The translations under genes were made by a program, and so were the position numbers. The notes below the pieces were generated by a model, which saw only the letters and a list, made by a program, of their open reading frames with translations, was not told the DNA's origin and did not search any database. Below are positions 37,890-47,374 of a DNA stretch of 64,000 bases, in pieces. Position 1 is the stretch's first letter. Each line of letters opens with the position of its first letter. This DNA is from Gemmatimonadales bacterium (lineage in GTDB: Bacteria > Gemmatimonadota > Gemmatimonadetes > Gemmatimonadales > GWC2-71-9). The stretch lies in assembly GCA_035699205.1 (NCBI GenBank), contig DASSBA010000081.1:2273-66272 (forward strand), written 5' to 3'.

Positions 37890-39454
37890 TGCTCATACGC
37901 CGCCAGCGTGAGGAACTCCGGAAATCGCTCGGCCGCGAACAGCGCGTCCAGCAGCTGGGCCGCGTCCTTCCACCGACCCGCCGCGCCCTCCCGGAGCATC
38001 AGTTCCTCCGCCAGCAGTGCCCGCACCCAGGCGAGCGTGACCGGCCGGCCGGTCTCCGTCGGCGTGCCGTGGTGGATCCACTGCCATAGCTGCGCCCGGG
38101 CGATTTCGGCCGTCGCGGTATCCTCCATCAGGTTGTTGATCGCCACCGCGCCGGAGCCGCGGAGCCAGGCCTCGAGATACTGGAGCGCCACGCTCACGTT
38201 GCCCCGGACGCCCGTCTCGGTGACACGGCCGCCCGGAATCCGGACGTCGAGCAGCCGGCCGCCGTCCGCCGGCGCGTCGGGGACGTGCTCCTTCTGGTTG
38301 GGCCGGCCGCCCAGATGCCGGTCAAACACCTCGCGCACGACCGGCACGAGGTCCGGATGCGCCACCCAGGCGCCATCGAAGCCCAACTCCGCCTCGAGGT
38401 TCTTGTCCTCCCGCACCCGCGCCAGGGCCGTCCGGTTGACCTCCTCGTCGCGGCGGGACGGGATGAACGCGGCCATCCCGCCGATTGCGTGGGCCCGCCG
38501 CCGATGGCAGGTCCACACCAGCCGCTCGACATACGCCCGCATGAACGGAACGCCCATGGTCACCTGCGCGCGGTCCGGCAGGACGAACTCCTGACGGTGG
38601 CCGAATTTCTTGATGACGCTGAAGATGTAGTCCCAGCGACCGGCATTGAGCCCGGCCGCGTGGGGCCGCAGCTCGTACAGGATCTCGTCCATCTCGAACG
38701 CCGCCACGATCGTCTCGATGAGAACCGTGGCGCGGATCGTCCCTCGCGGCAGGCCGAGCGCGTCCTGCGCGGCTTCGAACACGGAGTTCCAGAGGCGAGC
38801 CTCGAGATGGCCCTCGAGCTTCGGCAGATAGAAGTACGGCCCGCTCCCCCGGCCGAGCAGCGCCCGGCCGTTGTGATGGAGGTAGAGCGCGAAATCGAAC
38901 AGCCCGGCGGGCACCGGACGGCCGTCCACCAGCACATGCGCCTCGTCGAGGTGCCACCCGCGCGGCCGGAGCACCAGCGTGGCGAGGCGCTCGCCGAGCC
39001 GGTACCGCTTCCCCTCGGGGCTGGTGTACTCGAGGGTGCGGCGCACCGCGTCCAGGCAGCTCACCTGCGCCGCCACCACGTTGCCCCAGGGCGGTGAGAG
39101 CGCGTCTTCGCAGTCCGCCATGAGTACCTGCGCGCCCGAGTTGAGCGCGTTGATCATCATCTTGGGCTCGGCGGGGCCGGTGATCTCCACCCGGCGGTCG
39201 TCGAGGTCTGCCGGCGCGGGCGCGACGAACCAGTCTCCCGCGCGCACGGCCGCGGTCTCGGGCAGGAATCCGGGTAGCTCGCCCGCGTCGAACCGGGCCT
39301 GCCGCTCGTGTCGCTGCCCGAGCAGCCGGTCGCGTTCGTCGCGAAACCTTCGCGTCAGACGGGCCACCAGGTCTAGAGCGTCGGGCGTCAGCACCCGCTC
39401 TGCTCCAGCGACACGGCCGCCCGTCACCTGCACGCCGTCGATAGGGCCGTTCAC
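37868..39454 (-). CDS. aceB: Malate synthase A
   Basis: 528 aa. Motifs [33 protein letters not shown] and [12 protein letters not shown]. Confidence 0.9.
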   Translation of the reverse strand: MNGPIDGVQVTGGRVAGAERVLTPDALDLVARLTRRFRDERDRLLGQRHERQARFDAGELPGFLPETAAVRAGDWFVAPAPADLDDRRVEITGPAEPKMMINALNSGAQVLMADCEDALSPPWGNVVAAQVSCLDAVRRTLEYTSPEGKRYRLGERLATLVLRPRGWHLDEAHVLVDGRPVPAGLFDFALYLHHNGRALLGRGSGPYFYLPKLEGHLEARLWNSVFEAAQDALGLPRGTIRATVLIETIVAAFEMDEILYELRPHAAGLNAGRWDYIFSVIKKFGHRQEFVLPDRAQVTMGVPFMRAYVERLVWTCHRRRAHAIGGMAAFIPSRRDEEVNRTALARVREDKNLEAELGFDGAWVAHPDLVPVVREVFDRHLGGRPNQKEHVPDAPADGGRLLDVRIPGGRVTETGVRGNVSVALQYLEAWLRGSGAVAINNLMEDTATAEIARAQLWQWIHHGTPTETGRPVTLAWVRALLAEELMLREGAAGRWKDAAQLLDALFAAERFPEFLTLAAYEQVVSRKS

Positions 39455-39544
39455 GTTTTCCTCCCGGGTCAGCGGCTTCCGGGGCAGGTTGAAGGATGCG
39501 GTCCGAGACGAGCGCCCTCTCGCTCCCTCCGTCCTTCCGTCCGC

Positions 39545-40174
39545 TTACGCCACGTGCAGTACCATGAACGCGAAGTGGCACCCGCTCCCCGCCAGCACCA
39601 GGAGGTGCCAGATCTCGTGGTGCCCGAACACTCCCGGGAACGGATCCGGCCGCGCGCGGGCGAAGATGATCGCGCCGACCGTGTACGCCATGCCCCCGGC
39701 GACGAGCCAGGCCAACCCGCCGGGCCCGACCGCCGAGGCGAGCGGGACCGCGGCCAGCAGCGTCATGTAGCCCATGCCGAGGTAGATCGCGGTGGACAGC
39801 CAGACCGGCGCGTCCAGCCACCAGATCTTGAAGGGGATCCCCGCGACCGCGATCCCCCAGGCGGTGCCGAGCAGCAGAAGCCCCGTCGAATTGTGCAGCG
39901 TGACGAGCGCCACCGGCGTATAGGTGCCCGCGATGAGGAAATAGATGGCGATGTGGTCGAGTGTCCGCAGCGGCCGGAGGCGGTGCGCCGGCAGCGGCAC
40001 CGCGTGGTAGACCGTGCTGGCGCCGTAGAGTAGGATGAGCGAAGCGCCGTAGACCGCGAACGCGACCGTCTGGGCGGCGCTCCTGGCCAACTGGAGCAGC
40101 GCCACCGTTCCCGCCGTGGCGAGCACCAGCCCGACGAAGTGCGACCAGGCGTTCACGGGCTCGCGGATGCGCAT
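39545..40174 (-). CDS. Hemolysin III / PAQR family membrane protein
   Basis: MRIREPVNAWSHFVG..., seven TM segments, C-terminal HHEIWHLLVLAGSGCHF. Confidence 0.85.
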   Translation of the reverse strand: MRIREPVNAWSHFVGLVLATAGTVALLQLARSAAQTVAFAVYGASLILLYGASTVYHAVPLPAHRLRPLRTLDHIAIYFLIAGTYTPVALVTLHNSTGLLLLGTAWGIAVAGIPFKIWWLDAPVWLSTAIYLGMGYMTLLAAVPLASAVGPGGLAWLVAGGMAYTVGAIIFARARPDPFPGVFGHHEIWHLLVLAGSGCHFAFMVLHVA

Positions 40175-40301
40175 GGGGGGAATCTAATTCGGGTTGGACC
40201 ATGGACTCCGATGTCGGTCAGGCCCTGGTGAATACAGCCACGATCTCCTCCCGCGCACCCGCTCCCTTGTCGCCCGGCCGGCTCTGATCTAGGGTTGAAG
40301 C

Positions 40302-41450
40302 GTGCGCATTGCCCTCTTCTCCGAGGTGTACTGGCCGATGGTGAGCGGCGTCGGGGTGACCCTGCTCCGGCTCACCGAGGCGCTCAGCGCGCGCGGCCAC
40401 GAAGTGCGGGTCTACAGCGCGACTTACCCGCTCCCGTCCGGCACCCCCGACCGGCCCGAGGTCCACCGCTCACCCAGCGTCCCGTTCTTCCTCTATCCCG
40501 ACGTGCAGTGGGCCTTTCCCCGGCTCCGTGACGTCGTGGAGGACCTGGCCCGCTTCCAGCCCGACATCGTCCATGTGGCCACCGAGTTCTCCCTCGGCAT
40601 CGCGGGCGTCAAGGCGGCGCGGCAACTGGGCATTCCACTCATCGCCTCGGCGCATACCGACTACGACCAGTACGCCGCGCGCTACGGGGTCACCTGGGCG
40701 CTCCGGGCCGGGTGGCATTACCTGCGCTGGTTCTACGGGCAGGCGCATCGAGTGCTCTGCCCGTCGAGGATCTACGAGGAGACGGTGCATCGGCACGGGG
40801 TGACGCACACCGGGATCTGGAGCCGCGGGGTGGATCCGGAAGTGTTCTCGCCCCGCTTCCGGAGCGAAGGGTACCGGACCGGCTTCGGGGTGGGCCCGGA
40901 CGACCTGCTGGTGACCTACATCGGCCGGATCGCGCGCGAGAAGAACCTGGGGCTGCTGCTCGAGGCATGGGAAGCGCTCGCGCCCGAGCGGGGCGGCGCC
41001 AAGCTGGCGCTGGTGGGCCGGGGGCCGCTCGAGGACGAAATTCGCCGGCGCGGCATCCCGGGGGTCTACGTCTCCGGCCTCCTGCAGGGCCCGGCCCTGT
41101 CGGCCGCGTACGCCTCGGCCGACATCTTCGCGTTCCCGTCGGCCACCGAGACGTTCGGCAACTCGTTGCTCGAAGCGATGGGCTCGGGGCTGCCGTCGCT
41201 GGTGGCGGCGTCGGGCGGAGTGCTCGAGTTCGCGGCGCACGGCGAGAACGCGCTGCTGGTGCAGCCGGACAGCGCGAGCGGCATCACGGCCGCGCTCTGG
41301 CGCCTGCTGCACGACGGGGAGCTGCGCCGCCGGTTGGGCGAGGGTGCGCTACGCACGGCGCGCGCGCGGGAGTGGAACGCCGTGTACGACGGGCTGCTCG
41401 GGGAGTACGCCGACGCGGTGGCGGCGCGCGGGGAGACCCGGGCCGCGTAG
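40302..41450 (+). CDS. Glycosyltransferase family 4 (GT-B)
   Basis: RIALFSEVYWPMVSGVGV and the C-terminal E-x7-E region FPSATETFGNSLLEAMGSGLP. Confidence 0.85.
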   Translation: MRIALFSEVYWPMVSGVGVTLLRLTEALSARGHEVRVYSATYPLPSGTPDRPEVHRSPSVPFFLYPDVQWAFPRLRDVVEDLARFQPDIVHVATEFSLGIAGVKAARQLGIPLIASAHTDYDQYAARYGVTWALRAGWHYLRWFYGQAHRVLCPSRIYEETVHRHGVTHTGIWSRGVDPEVFSPRFRSEGYRTGFGVGPDDLLVTYIGRIAREKNLGLLLEAWEALAPERGGAKLALVGRGPLEDEIRRRGIPGVYVSGLLQGPALSAAYASADIFAFPSATETFGNSLLEAMGSGLPSLVAASGGVLEFAAHGENALLVQPDSASGITAALWRLLHDGELRRRLGEGALRTARAREWNAVYDGLLGEYADAVAARGETRAA

Positions 41451-41459
41451 CGGCGCCTC

Positions 41460-42491
41460 CTACCTCCGCAGTATCAGGTACGCCACCGCGGCGATCGCCG
41501 CGCTCATCGGGATGGTGAGGATCCACGCCCACACGATCCGGGTCGCCACCCCCCACCGCACCGCCGAGATCCGGTTGGCCGCGCCCACGCCCACGATGGC
41601 ACCGGTGATCGTGTGCGTCGTGCTCACCGGAACCCCCAGGTGGGACGCCAGCAGGATCGAGAGGCCGCCCGCCGTCTCCGCGCAGAATCCGCCGAACGGC
41701 CGGAGCTTGGTGATCCGGCTCCCCATCGTCTTGACGATCCGCCACCCGCCGAGCGCCGTCCCCATGCCGATCGCGCTGTAGGCCGAGAGCTCCACCCAGA
41801 GCGGGATGTGGTCGGCCCTGGGCACGTGCAGGTGGGCCAGCCATCCGGTCTGGTGCACGAACAGCGCCTGGGTGGAGACCAGGAGGCCGACGATGATGCC
41901 CATCGTCTTCTGGGCATCGTTGGCGCCGTGGCTGAGCGAGTAGAGCGCGGCCGAAAGGAGCTGCAGGCGGCGGAACACCCGGTCCACCGGCCCGGGGCGG
42001 CGTCCGTGGAGCAGCCAGGAGAGGGCCACCGTGAGGATGAGCGCCAGCACCATCCCGAGCAGCGGCGACAGGAGGATGAACAGGATGGGCTTGATCCAGC
42101 CGGCGAGCTGGAGCGCCGGGAAGCCCGCCTTGGCGATTGCCGCGCCGCCCAGCCCGCCCATCAGGGCGTGACTCGAGGAGCTCGGCAGGCCGAAGTACCA
42201 GGTGATGATGTTCCAGACGATCGCGCCGAGCAGCGCGCCGAGGATGAGGTCGGGGTCCACCACCGACGGCTCGATGAGCCCCTTGCCGATGGTCTGCGCC
42301 ACCGCCGTGCCGACCACGAAGGCGGCCAGGACGTTGAACGCCGCCGCCCAGAGCACCGCCACCCCGGGCGAGAGCACCCGGGTCGAGACCACCGTGGCGA
42401 TCGAGTTGGCGCTGTCGTGAAACCCGTTGATGAAGTCGAAGACGAGCGCGACGGCCACGATCGCCAGGACGTACACCACGTCGTGCGGCAT
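41460..42491 (-). CDS. Inorganic phosphate transporter, PiT family
   Basis: FDFINGFHDSANSIAT and GANDAQKTMG motifs. ATG 42491 chosen. Confidence 0.85.
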   Translation of the reverse strand: MPHDVVYVLAIVAVALVFDFINGFHDSANSIATVVSTRVLSPGVAVLWAAAFNVLAAFVVGTAVAQTIGKGLIEPSVVDPDLILGALLGAIVWNIITWYFGLPSSSSHALMGGLGGAAIAKAGFPALQLAGWIKPILFILLSPLLGMVLALILTVALSWLLHGRRPGPVDRVFRRLQLLSAALYSLSHGANDAQKTMGIIVGLLVSTQALFVHQTGWLAHLHVPRADHIPLWVELSAYSAIGMGTALGGWRIVKTMGSRITKLRPFGGFCAETAGGLSILLASHLGVPVSTTHTITGAIVGVGAANRISAVRWGVATRIVWAWILTIPMSAAIAAVAYLILRR

Positions 42492-42493
42492 GC

Positions 42494-43114
42494 TCAGGCG
42501 TGCTTGATCGAGATCGATTCGAGCACGTTGCCGGCATCCTCGATGTAGTCCAGCGTCTTCTCGAGGTTGTCGTAGATCTCCTTCCACTTGATCACCTGCA
42601 GGGCGTCCGGCTGCCCCTCGAACAGCTTGCCGAGCCACTCGTGGTAGAGTGAATCGCCCTCCTCCTCCAGTCGCTTGACCTGAACGCAGGCTTCGAGCAC
42701 CGTGCCGGCCTTGTTCTTCTCCAGCGACGCCACCGCCACCTGGATCTGCTCGCTGGCACGGATGATGACCTCCGCGATGAGCCTCGCGCCGTCGGGTGCC
42801 TCGCCCGCCCGGAACATCTGCAGCCGCCGGGCGGTGCCGTCGATGAGGTCGATGACGTCGTCGAGGCGGGACGCGAGCAGGTGGATGTCCTCGCGGTCGA
42901 GCGGGGTGATGAACACCCGGTCGAGCCGGGTCACCACCTCATGGGTGACCTGGTCGGCCTGGTGCTCGAGCCGCTTGATCTGATCCACGATGGCGCCCCG
43001 CCGGTTCTGGTCCGCCCGCAGGAGGTCCTGCTGCAGCCGGGCCGCCTCGACGGTGAACGTGGCGACCGCGGTGAAGAGGTCGAAGAACTTCTCGTCGCGA
43101 GGCAGGAGGCGCAT
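42494..43114 (-). CDS. DUF47/PhoU-like Pit accessory protein
   Basis: MRLLPRDEKFFDLF... and a helical PhoU-like pattern. Immediately upstream of the PiT gene. Confidence 0.8.
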   Translation of the reverse strand: MRLLPRDEKFFDLFTAVATFTVEAARLQQDLLRADQNRRGAIVDQIKRLEHQADQVTHEVVTRLDRVFITPLDREDIHLLASRLDDVIDLIDGTARRLQMFRAGEAPDGARLIAEVIIRASEQIQVAVASLEKNKAGTVLEACVQVKRLEEEGDSLYHEWLGKLFEGQPDALQVIKWKEIYDNLEKTLDYIEDAGNVLESISIKHA

Positions 43115-43221
43115 GATCGGTCCGGGTGAGCGGGCGGCGTGAAGATAACGCGTTGCCGGGGCGGGGCACAGCCGCGGACGGCTTCCTTGACGGGCCCCGT
43201 TTCCGGCCCAGATTCTCCCCG

Positions 43222-46200
43222 GTGACCCAGGCCATTCCGCCGTTCGTTCCCGAGAGCCCTCCCGAGGAGGCGTTCGACCGCCTCACCCGACTGGCGGCCC
43301 GGCTGCTGGGCGCGCCCGCGGCGATGATTACCTTCGTCCGGGAAGACCGGGCGGTCTTCAAGAGCGCGATCGGGCTTCCCGAGCCGTGGGCCAGCCAGCG
43401 GAGCGCGCCGCTGTCGCTCTCGTTCTGCCGCCACGTGGTGGCCTCGGGCGCACCGCTGGTGGTGGACGATGCCCGCCGCCACCCGCTGGTGCGGGGCAGC
43501 CCGGCCATCCGGGAGCTGGGCTGGATCGCGTATGCGGGCGTGCCCCTCACCGCGCCGGGGGGCCGCACCGTGGGAGTGCTGGCCGTGGCGGACTCGCTGC
43601 CGCGGCTCTGGTCGCCCCGGGACGTGACGCTGCTGGAGGACCTCGGCGGCTCGGTCATGGCCGAGCTCGAGCTGCGTGGGCGGCGACCCGCGCCGGCCCC
43701 CGCCCCCTCGCCCGATCCTGCCGCCGGTGTGTTCGACGGGTCCGCGCTCCCGATGGGCCTGCTCCTCGCCGACGGCCGCTGGCTCCGGGTCAACCGCGCG
43801 CTCGCCGGCCTGCTGGGCACCACGCCGGAGGCGCTGGCCGGCTGCCCCGCCGAGGCGTTCACCCATCCTGCCGACCGCGCGGCCGACCGCGAAGCGGTCC
43901 ACCTGCTGCTGGCCGGCGAGTGCGCCAGCTACAGTGCGGAGAAGCGGCTGCTGCGGGAGGACGAGCCGCCGGTCTGGGTTGCCTCGACGGTCACCCGGCT
44001 TCCCGCCGGTGACGGCGGCGCCGGCCACTTCCACGTCGCCTTTCACGACATCACCGACCGGCGGCAGGCGGAGCTGGACCTGCTGGGGCGAGAGGAGCGC
44101 TACCGGCTCGTGGCGGAGGCCACCCAGGACGCCGTCTGGGACTGGGACCTGCTCACCGACCGGATCGTCTGGGGCGAGCGCGCGGCGGGAAGCTTCGGCT
44201 ACGGCCGGCACGAGGTGCGGACCTCGGCGGCCTGGTGGTACGAGCGCCTGCACTCGGAGGACCACGACCGGGTGGTGAGCGGGATGCACGCGGCCATCGC
44301 GCGCGGGGCGGGGGAATGGGCGGACGAATACCGGTTCCGCCGCGCGGACGGGGGCTGGGCCCACGTGCGGAATCGCGCCACCATCGTGCGCGACGAGGCG
44401 GGCGACGCGGTGCGGATGGTCGGCGCCGTCGTGGACGCCACCGGGGAGACCCGCGCCGGGCTGCTGGCGCGGGGGCAGAGCCGGCTGCTCGAGCAGATCG
44501 CCGTGGGGCTCGAGCTCCCGGCCGTGCTCGAGCGGATCGCCCGGTTCACCGAGGCGCACGGGAGCGATCTCGTCGCCTGCGTGATGCTGCTCGACCCCGA
44601 TGCCGGGCTGCTCCGGGCGGCGGCCGCGCCCAGCCTGCCGGCGGAGGTCCGCGATGCGCTCGCGCGGCCGGCGGCGGGCCGCGAGCCGGTCGTGATCACC
44701 GATCTCGAGGCTGACGCCGGAGCCGACGGACGGCGCGGGCCGCTCCTGGAGCACGGGCTCCGGGCGGCCTGGTCGCTGCCGCTCTTCGCGTCCGACGGGG
44801 GTCTCCTCGGCGCCCTCGACGTGTACTGCCGGCACGCTCGCGCCCCGGCCGACGAGGACACCGGCCTGATGGAGATCGCCGGCCACCTGGCCGAGATCGC
44901 GATCGAACGGGAGCGCGGCCAGGAGGCGCTCGCGCGCGGCACCCGGGTGCTCGAGCAGGTGCTCGACAGTCTGCCCGTCGGCGTGTGGGTGCTCGACGGC
45001 GAGGGCACCATCATCTTCGGGAACCCGGCCGCGCGCGCCCTCTGGGGCGGCGCGCGCTACGTCGGCCTCGCGGACCTCGGCGTCTACCGCGGGCGGCGGG
45101 CGGACACCGGCGAGCCGATCGCCGCGGAGGAGTGGGGTGCCGCGCGCGCGATCACCAAGGGGGAGACCTCGCTCGACGAGCCGGTCCGGATCGAGGGCTT
45201 CGATGGGGTCGAGCGGACCATCCTCAGTTCCGCGGTCCCGCTCCGCAGCCTCGGCGGCGAGGTCGTGGGCGCCATCCTGTTGCACCAGGACGTCACCGAC
45301 CAGCGGAAGGGCGAAGAAGCGCTGCGGCGGAGCGAGGCGCAACTCCGCCATGCGCAGAAGATGGAAGCGGTGGGCCAGCTCGCCGGCGGGATCGCCCACG
45401 ACTTCAACAACCTGCTGACCGGAATCCTGAGCTACACCGACCTGGTGCTGGAGGAGCTCCGCCCGGGGGACCCGATCCGGGGCGACCTCGAGCAGATCCG
45501 GCACGCGGCCCAGCGCGCCGCCGCGCTCACCCGGCAGCTCCTTGCCTTCAGCCGCCGCCAGGTGCTCCAGCCGCACGTGCTCTCGCTGAACGGCTGCGTC
45601 GCCGAGCTCGATGCGATGCTGCGCCGCCTGCTGGGCGCCGATGTCACCCTCGAGACCGATCTCGACCCGGGGCTCTGGTACGTGCAGGCCGACGCCGGGC
45701 AGCTCGAGCAGGTCCTGGTCAATCTGGTCGTGAACGCGCGCGACGCGATGCCGGGGGGCGGGCGGGTGACGATCGCCACCGCCAACCTCCCGCTGTCGCA
45801 CGGCGCATACGTCACGCTCAGCGTGAGCGACACCGGGATCGGCATGGACGCCACCACCCAGGCGCGGATCTTCGACCCGTTCTTCACCACCAAGGAGCCG
45901 GGGAAGGGCACCGGGCTCGGACTCTCGACCGTGTACGGGATCGTGGAGCAGAGCGGTGGCCACGTCACGGTGGAGAGCGCGCCGGGCCAGGGCGCCACCT
46001 TCACGGTGTTCCTCCCGCGGCAGGCCGGGCCCGCGCTCGGCGCACCGGTGGGCAGCGACCGGCGGAGCCTGCCGGGCGGGAACGAGACGCTGCTCCTGGT
46101 GGAGGACGAGGCCGCGGTGCGCACCTCCGCTCGGCGGCTGCTCGAGCGGCAGGGGTACACGGTGGTGGAGGCCCGTCACGGCGCGGACGCGCTCCGGATC

Positions 46201-46446
46201 TTCGAGGAGGGTGGCCGGGCGATCGACCTCGTGCTCACCGATCTGGTGATGCCCGAAATGGGCGGGCGCGAGCTGGTCGAACGGCTGCGCGCGCGCCATC
46301 CCGCGGTGAAGGTGCTCTACATGTCGGGATACAGCGAGCGGGCAGTGACGGTGGACGGTGCCATGCCCCCGCGTACCGGATTCGTGGAGAAGCCGTTCAC
46401 CGTGGAGCAGCTGGTTCGGCGGACGCGGGAGATCCTGGATGGGTGA
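43222..46446 (+). CDS. Hybrid sensor histidine kinase (GAF, PAS, GAF, PAS, HisKA, HATPase, receiver)
   Basis: H-box [13 protein letters not shown]-box [11 protein letters not shown]-box GTGLGLS, receiver [14 protein letters not shown]. Start uncertain: GTG 43222 chosen, while the track start 43126 lies 12 nt from the divergent gene. Confidence 0.85.
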   Translation: MTQAIPPFVPESPPEEAFDRLTRLAARLLGAPAAMITFVREDRAVFKSAIGLPEPWASQRSAPLSLSFCRHVVASGAPLVVDDARRHPLVRGSPAIRELGWIAYAGVPLTAPGGRTVGVLAVADSLPRLWSPRDVTLLEDLGGSVMAELELRGRRPAPAPAPSPDPAAGVFDGSALPMGLLLADGRWLRVNRALAGLLGTTPEALAGCPAEAFTHPADRAADREAVHLLLAGECASYSAEKRLLREDEPPVWVASTVTRLPAGDGGAGHFHVAFHDITDRRQAELDLLGREERYRLVAEATQDAVWDWDLLTDRIVWGERAAGSFGYGRHEVRTSAAWWYERLHSEDHDRVVSGMHAAIARGAGEWADEYRFRRADGGWAHVRNRATIVRDEAGDAVRMVGAVVDATGETRAGLLARGQSRLLEQIAVGLELPAVLERIARFTEAHGSDLVACVMLLDPDAGLLRAAAAPSLPAEVRDALARPAAGREPVVITDLEADAGADGRRGPLLEHGLRAAWSLPLFASDGGLLGALDVYCRHARAPADEDTGLMEIAGHLAEIAIERERGQEALARGTRVLEQVLDSLPVGVWVLDGEGTIIFGNPAARALWGGARYVGLADLGVYRGRRADTGEPIAAEEWGAARAITKGETSLDEPVRIEGFDGVERTILSSAVPLRSLGGEVVGAILLHQDVTDQRKGEEALRRSEAQLRHAQKMEAVGQLAGGIAHDFNNLLTGILSYTDLVLEELRPGDPIRGDLEQIRHAAQRAAALTRQLLAFSRRQVLQPHVLSLNGCVAELDAMLRRLLGADVTLETDLDPGLWYVQADAGQLEQVLVNLVVNARDAMPGGGRVTIATANLPLSHGAYVTLSVSDTGIGMDATTQARIFDPFFTTKEPGKGTGLGLSTVYGIVEQSGGHVTVESAPGQGATFTVFLPRQAGPALGAPVGSDRRSLPGGNETLLLVEDEAAVRTSARRLLERQGYTVVEARHGADALRIFEEGGRAIDLVLTDLVMPEMGGRELVERLRARHPAVKVLYMSGYSERAVTVDGAMPPRTGFVEKPFTVEQLVRRTREILDG

Positions 46447-47083
46447 CGAGCGTGACCAGATCGTCCGGGGTTTCCAGCCAATAGTCCGGCGTTGCCCCTG
46501 CTAGGTGCGCCCGCCCGAACGGCCCCCACAGCGCCGCTGCCGTGCGGACGCCTGCCGCCCGGCCTGACAGCATGTCGTGGATGCTGTCCCCCACGTAGAC
46601 CGTCGTGGCCCGATCCGCGGCCAGCAGCGCCACCGCCTTTTCCACCGGCTCCGGGTGGGGCTTGGGGTTGGTCACCTCGTCGGCGCACACCAGCACATCC
46701 ATCATCCGCTCCAGCTTGGCCAGCGCCAGCCCCCTGAGTGCCCCGCTCCGGTTCTTGCTGGTGACCAGCCCGGTGCGGCGGCCTGATGCGCGGACCCGCT
46801 CCACGGCAGCCACGACGCCGGGATACACCGTCACCATCCGGTCGTGGTGCGCCAGGTTGTACTCGCGATAGGTGGCGATCAGCAGCTCCATCAACTCCCG
46901 GTCGTCGCAGCACTCCGCGAATTGCGCGGTGAGCGGCGTGCCCACTCCGCGGAGCCACTCCTCGTCGCTCCGCGCGGGCAGGCCATGCGCCGCGAGGGTG
47001 TGGTGATAGCTGTCGAGGATGAGGCGCACCGAGTCGATCAGCGTGCCATCGAGATCGAACAGGACCGTATGCAGGGGTGCCAT
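46397..47083 (-). CDS. HAD hydrolase (phosphoglycolate phosphatase/PpaX-like)
   Basis: LFDLDGTLIDS, LVTSK and YVGDSIHD motifs. 50-nt convergent overlap with the kinase 3' end. Confidence 0.8.
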   Translation of the reverse strand: MAPLHTVLFDLDGTLIDSVRLILDSYHHTLAAHGLPARSDEEWLRGVGTPLTAQFAECCDDRELMELLIATYREYNLAHHDRMVTVYPGVVAAVERVRASGRRTGLVTSKNRSGALRGLALAKLERMMDVLVCADEVTNPKPHPEPVEKAVALLAADRATTVYVGDSIHDMLSGRAAGVRTAAALWGPFGRAHLAGATPDYWLETPDDLVTLVTHPGSPASAEPAAPR

Positions 47084-47169
47084 TCGCGAAAGTTAGCGCC
47101 CTGCTCGCCGGGTTGCGCACGCAGTTCACCAGCCCTATGCTCCCGGGCTCTCTCCCCTGGAGCTGCAGC

Positions 47170-47358
47170 ATGCAACCGTCCGAGCTGGTGGCGATCATGG
47201 CCGCAATCATCTACACCGGACGCCGTGAGGGGGACGCCCCGCGCCCCGAGACCCGCCAGCTCGCCGTCGAGGAGGCCTGGCACCTCTGGCATCTCGCCAT
47301 GGACGAGTGGAGCGACCCGGGAGCCCGCGACCTCGGGGGGAATCCGCTGGCGCCGTGA
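47170..47358 (+). CDS. Hypothetical small protein (62 aa)
   Basis: Only ORF filling the gap. One hydrophobic helix (LVAIMAAIIYTG). No motif support. Confidence 0.25.
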   Translation: MQPSELVAIMAAIIYTGRREGDAPRPETRQLAVEEAWHLWHLAMDEWSDPGARDLGGNPLAP

Positions 47359-47374
47359 GCGGGGGCGGCCATCC

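Noticed and set aside
39480-39534. A sixth full tandem-unit hairpin in the hlyIII-aceB spacer.
   Set aside because: Only one arm (CTCCGTCC/TTCCGTCC) is clear, and the opposing sequence pairs over about 5-6 bp only. It is reported solely as a shared 15-mer with E1.
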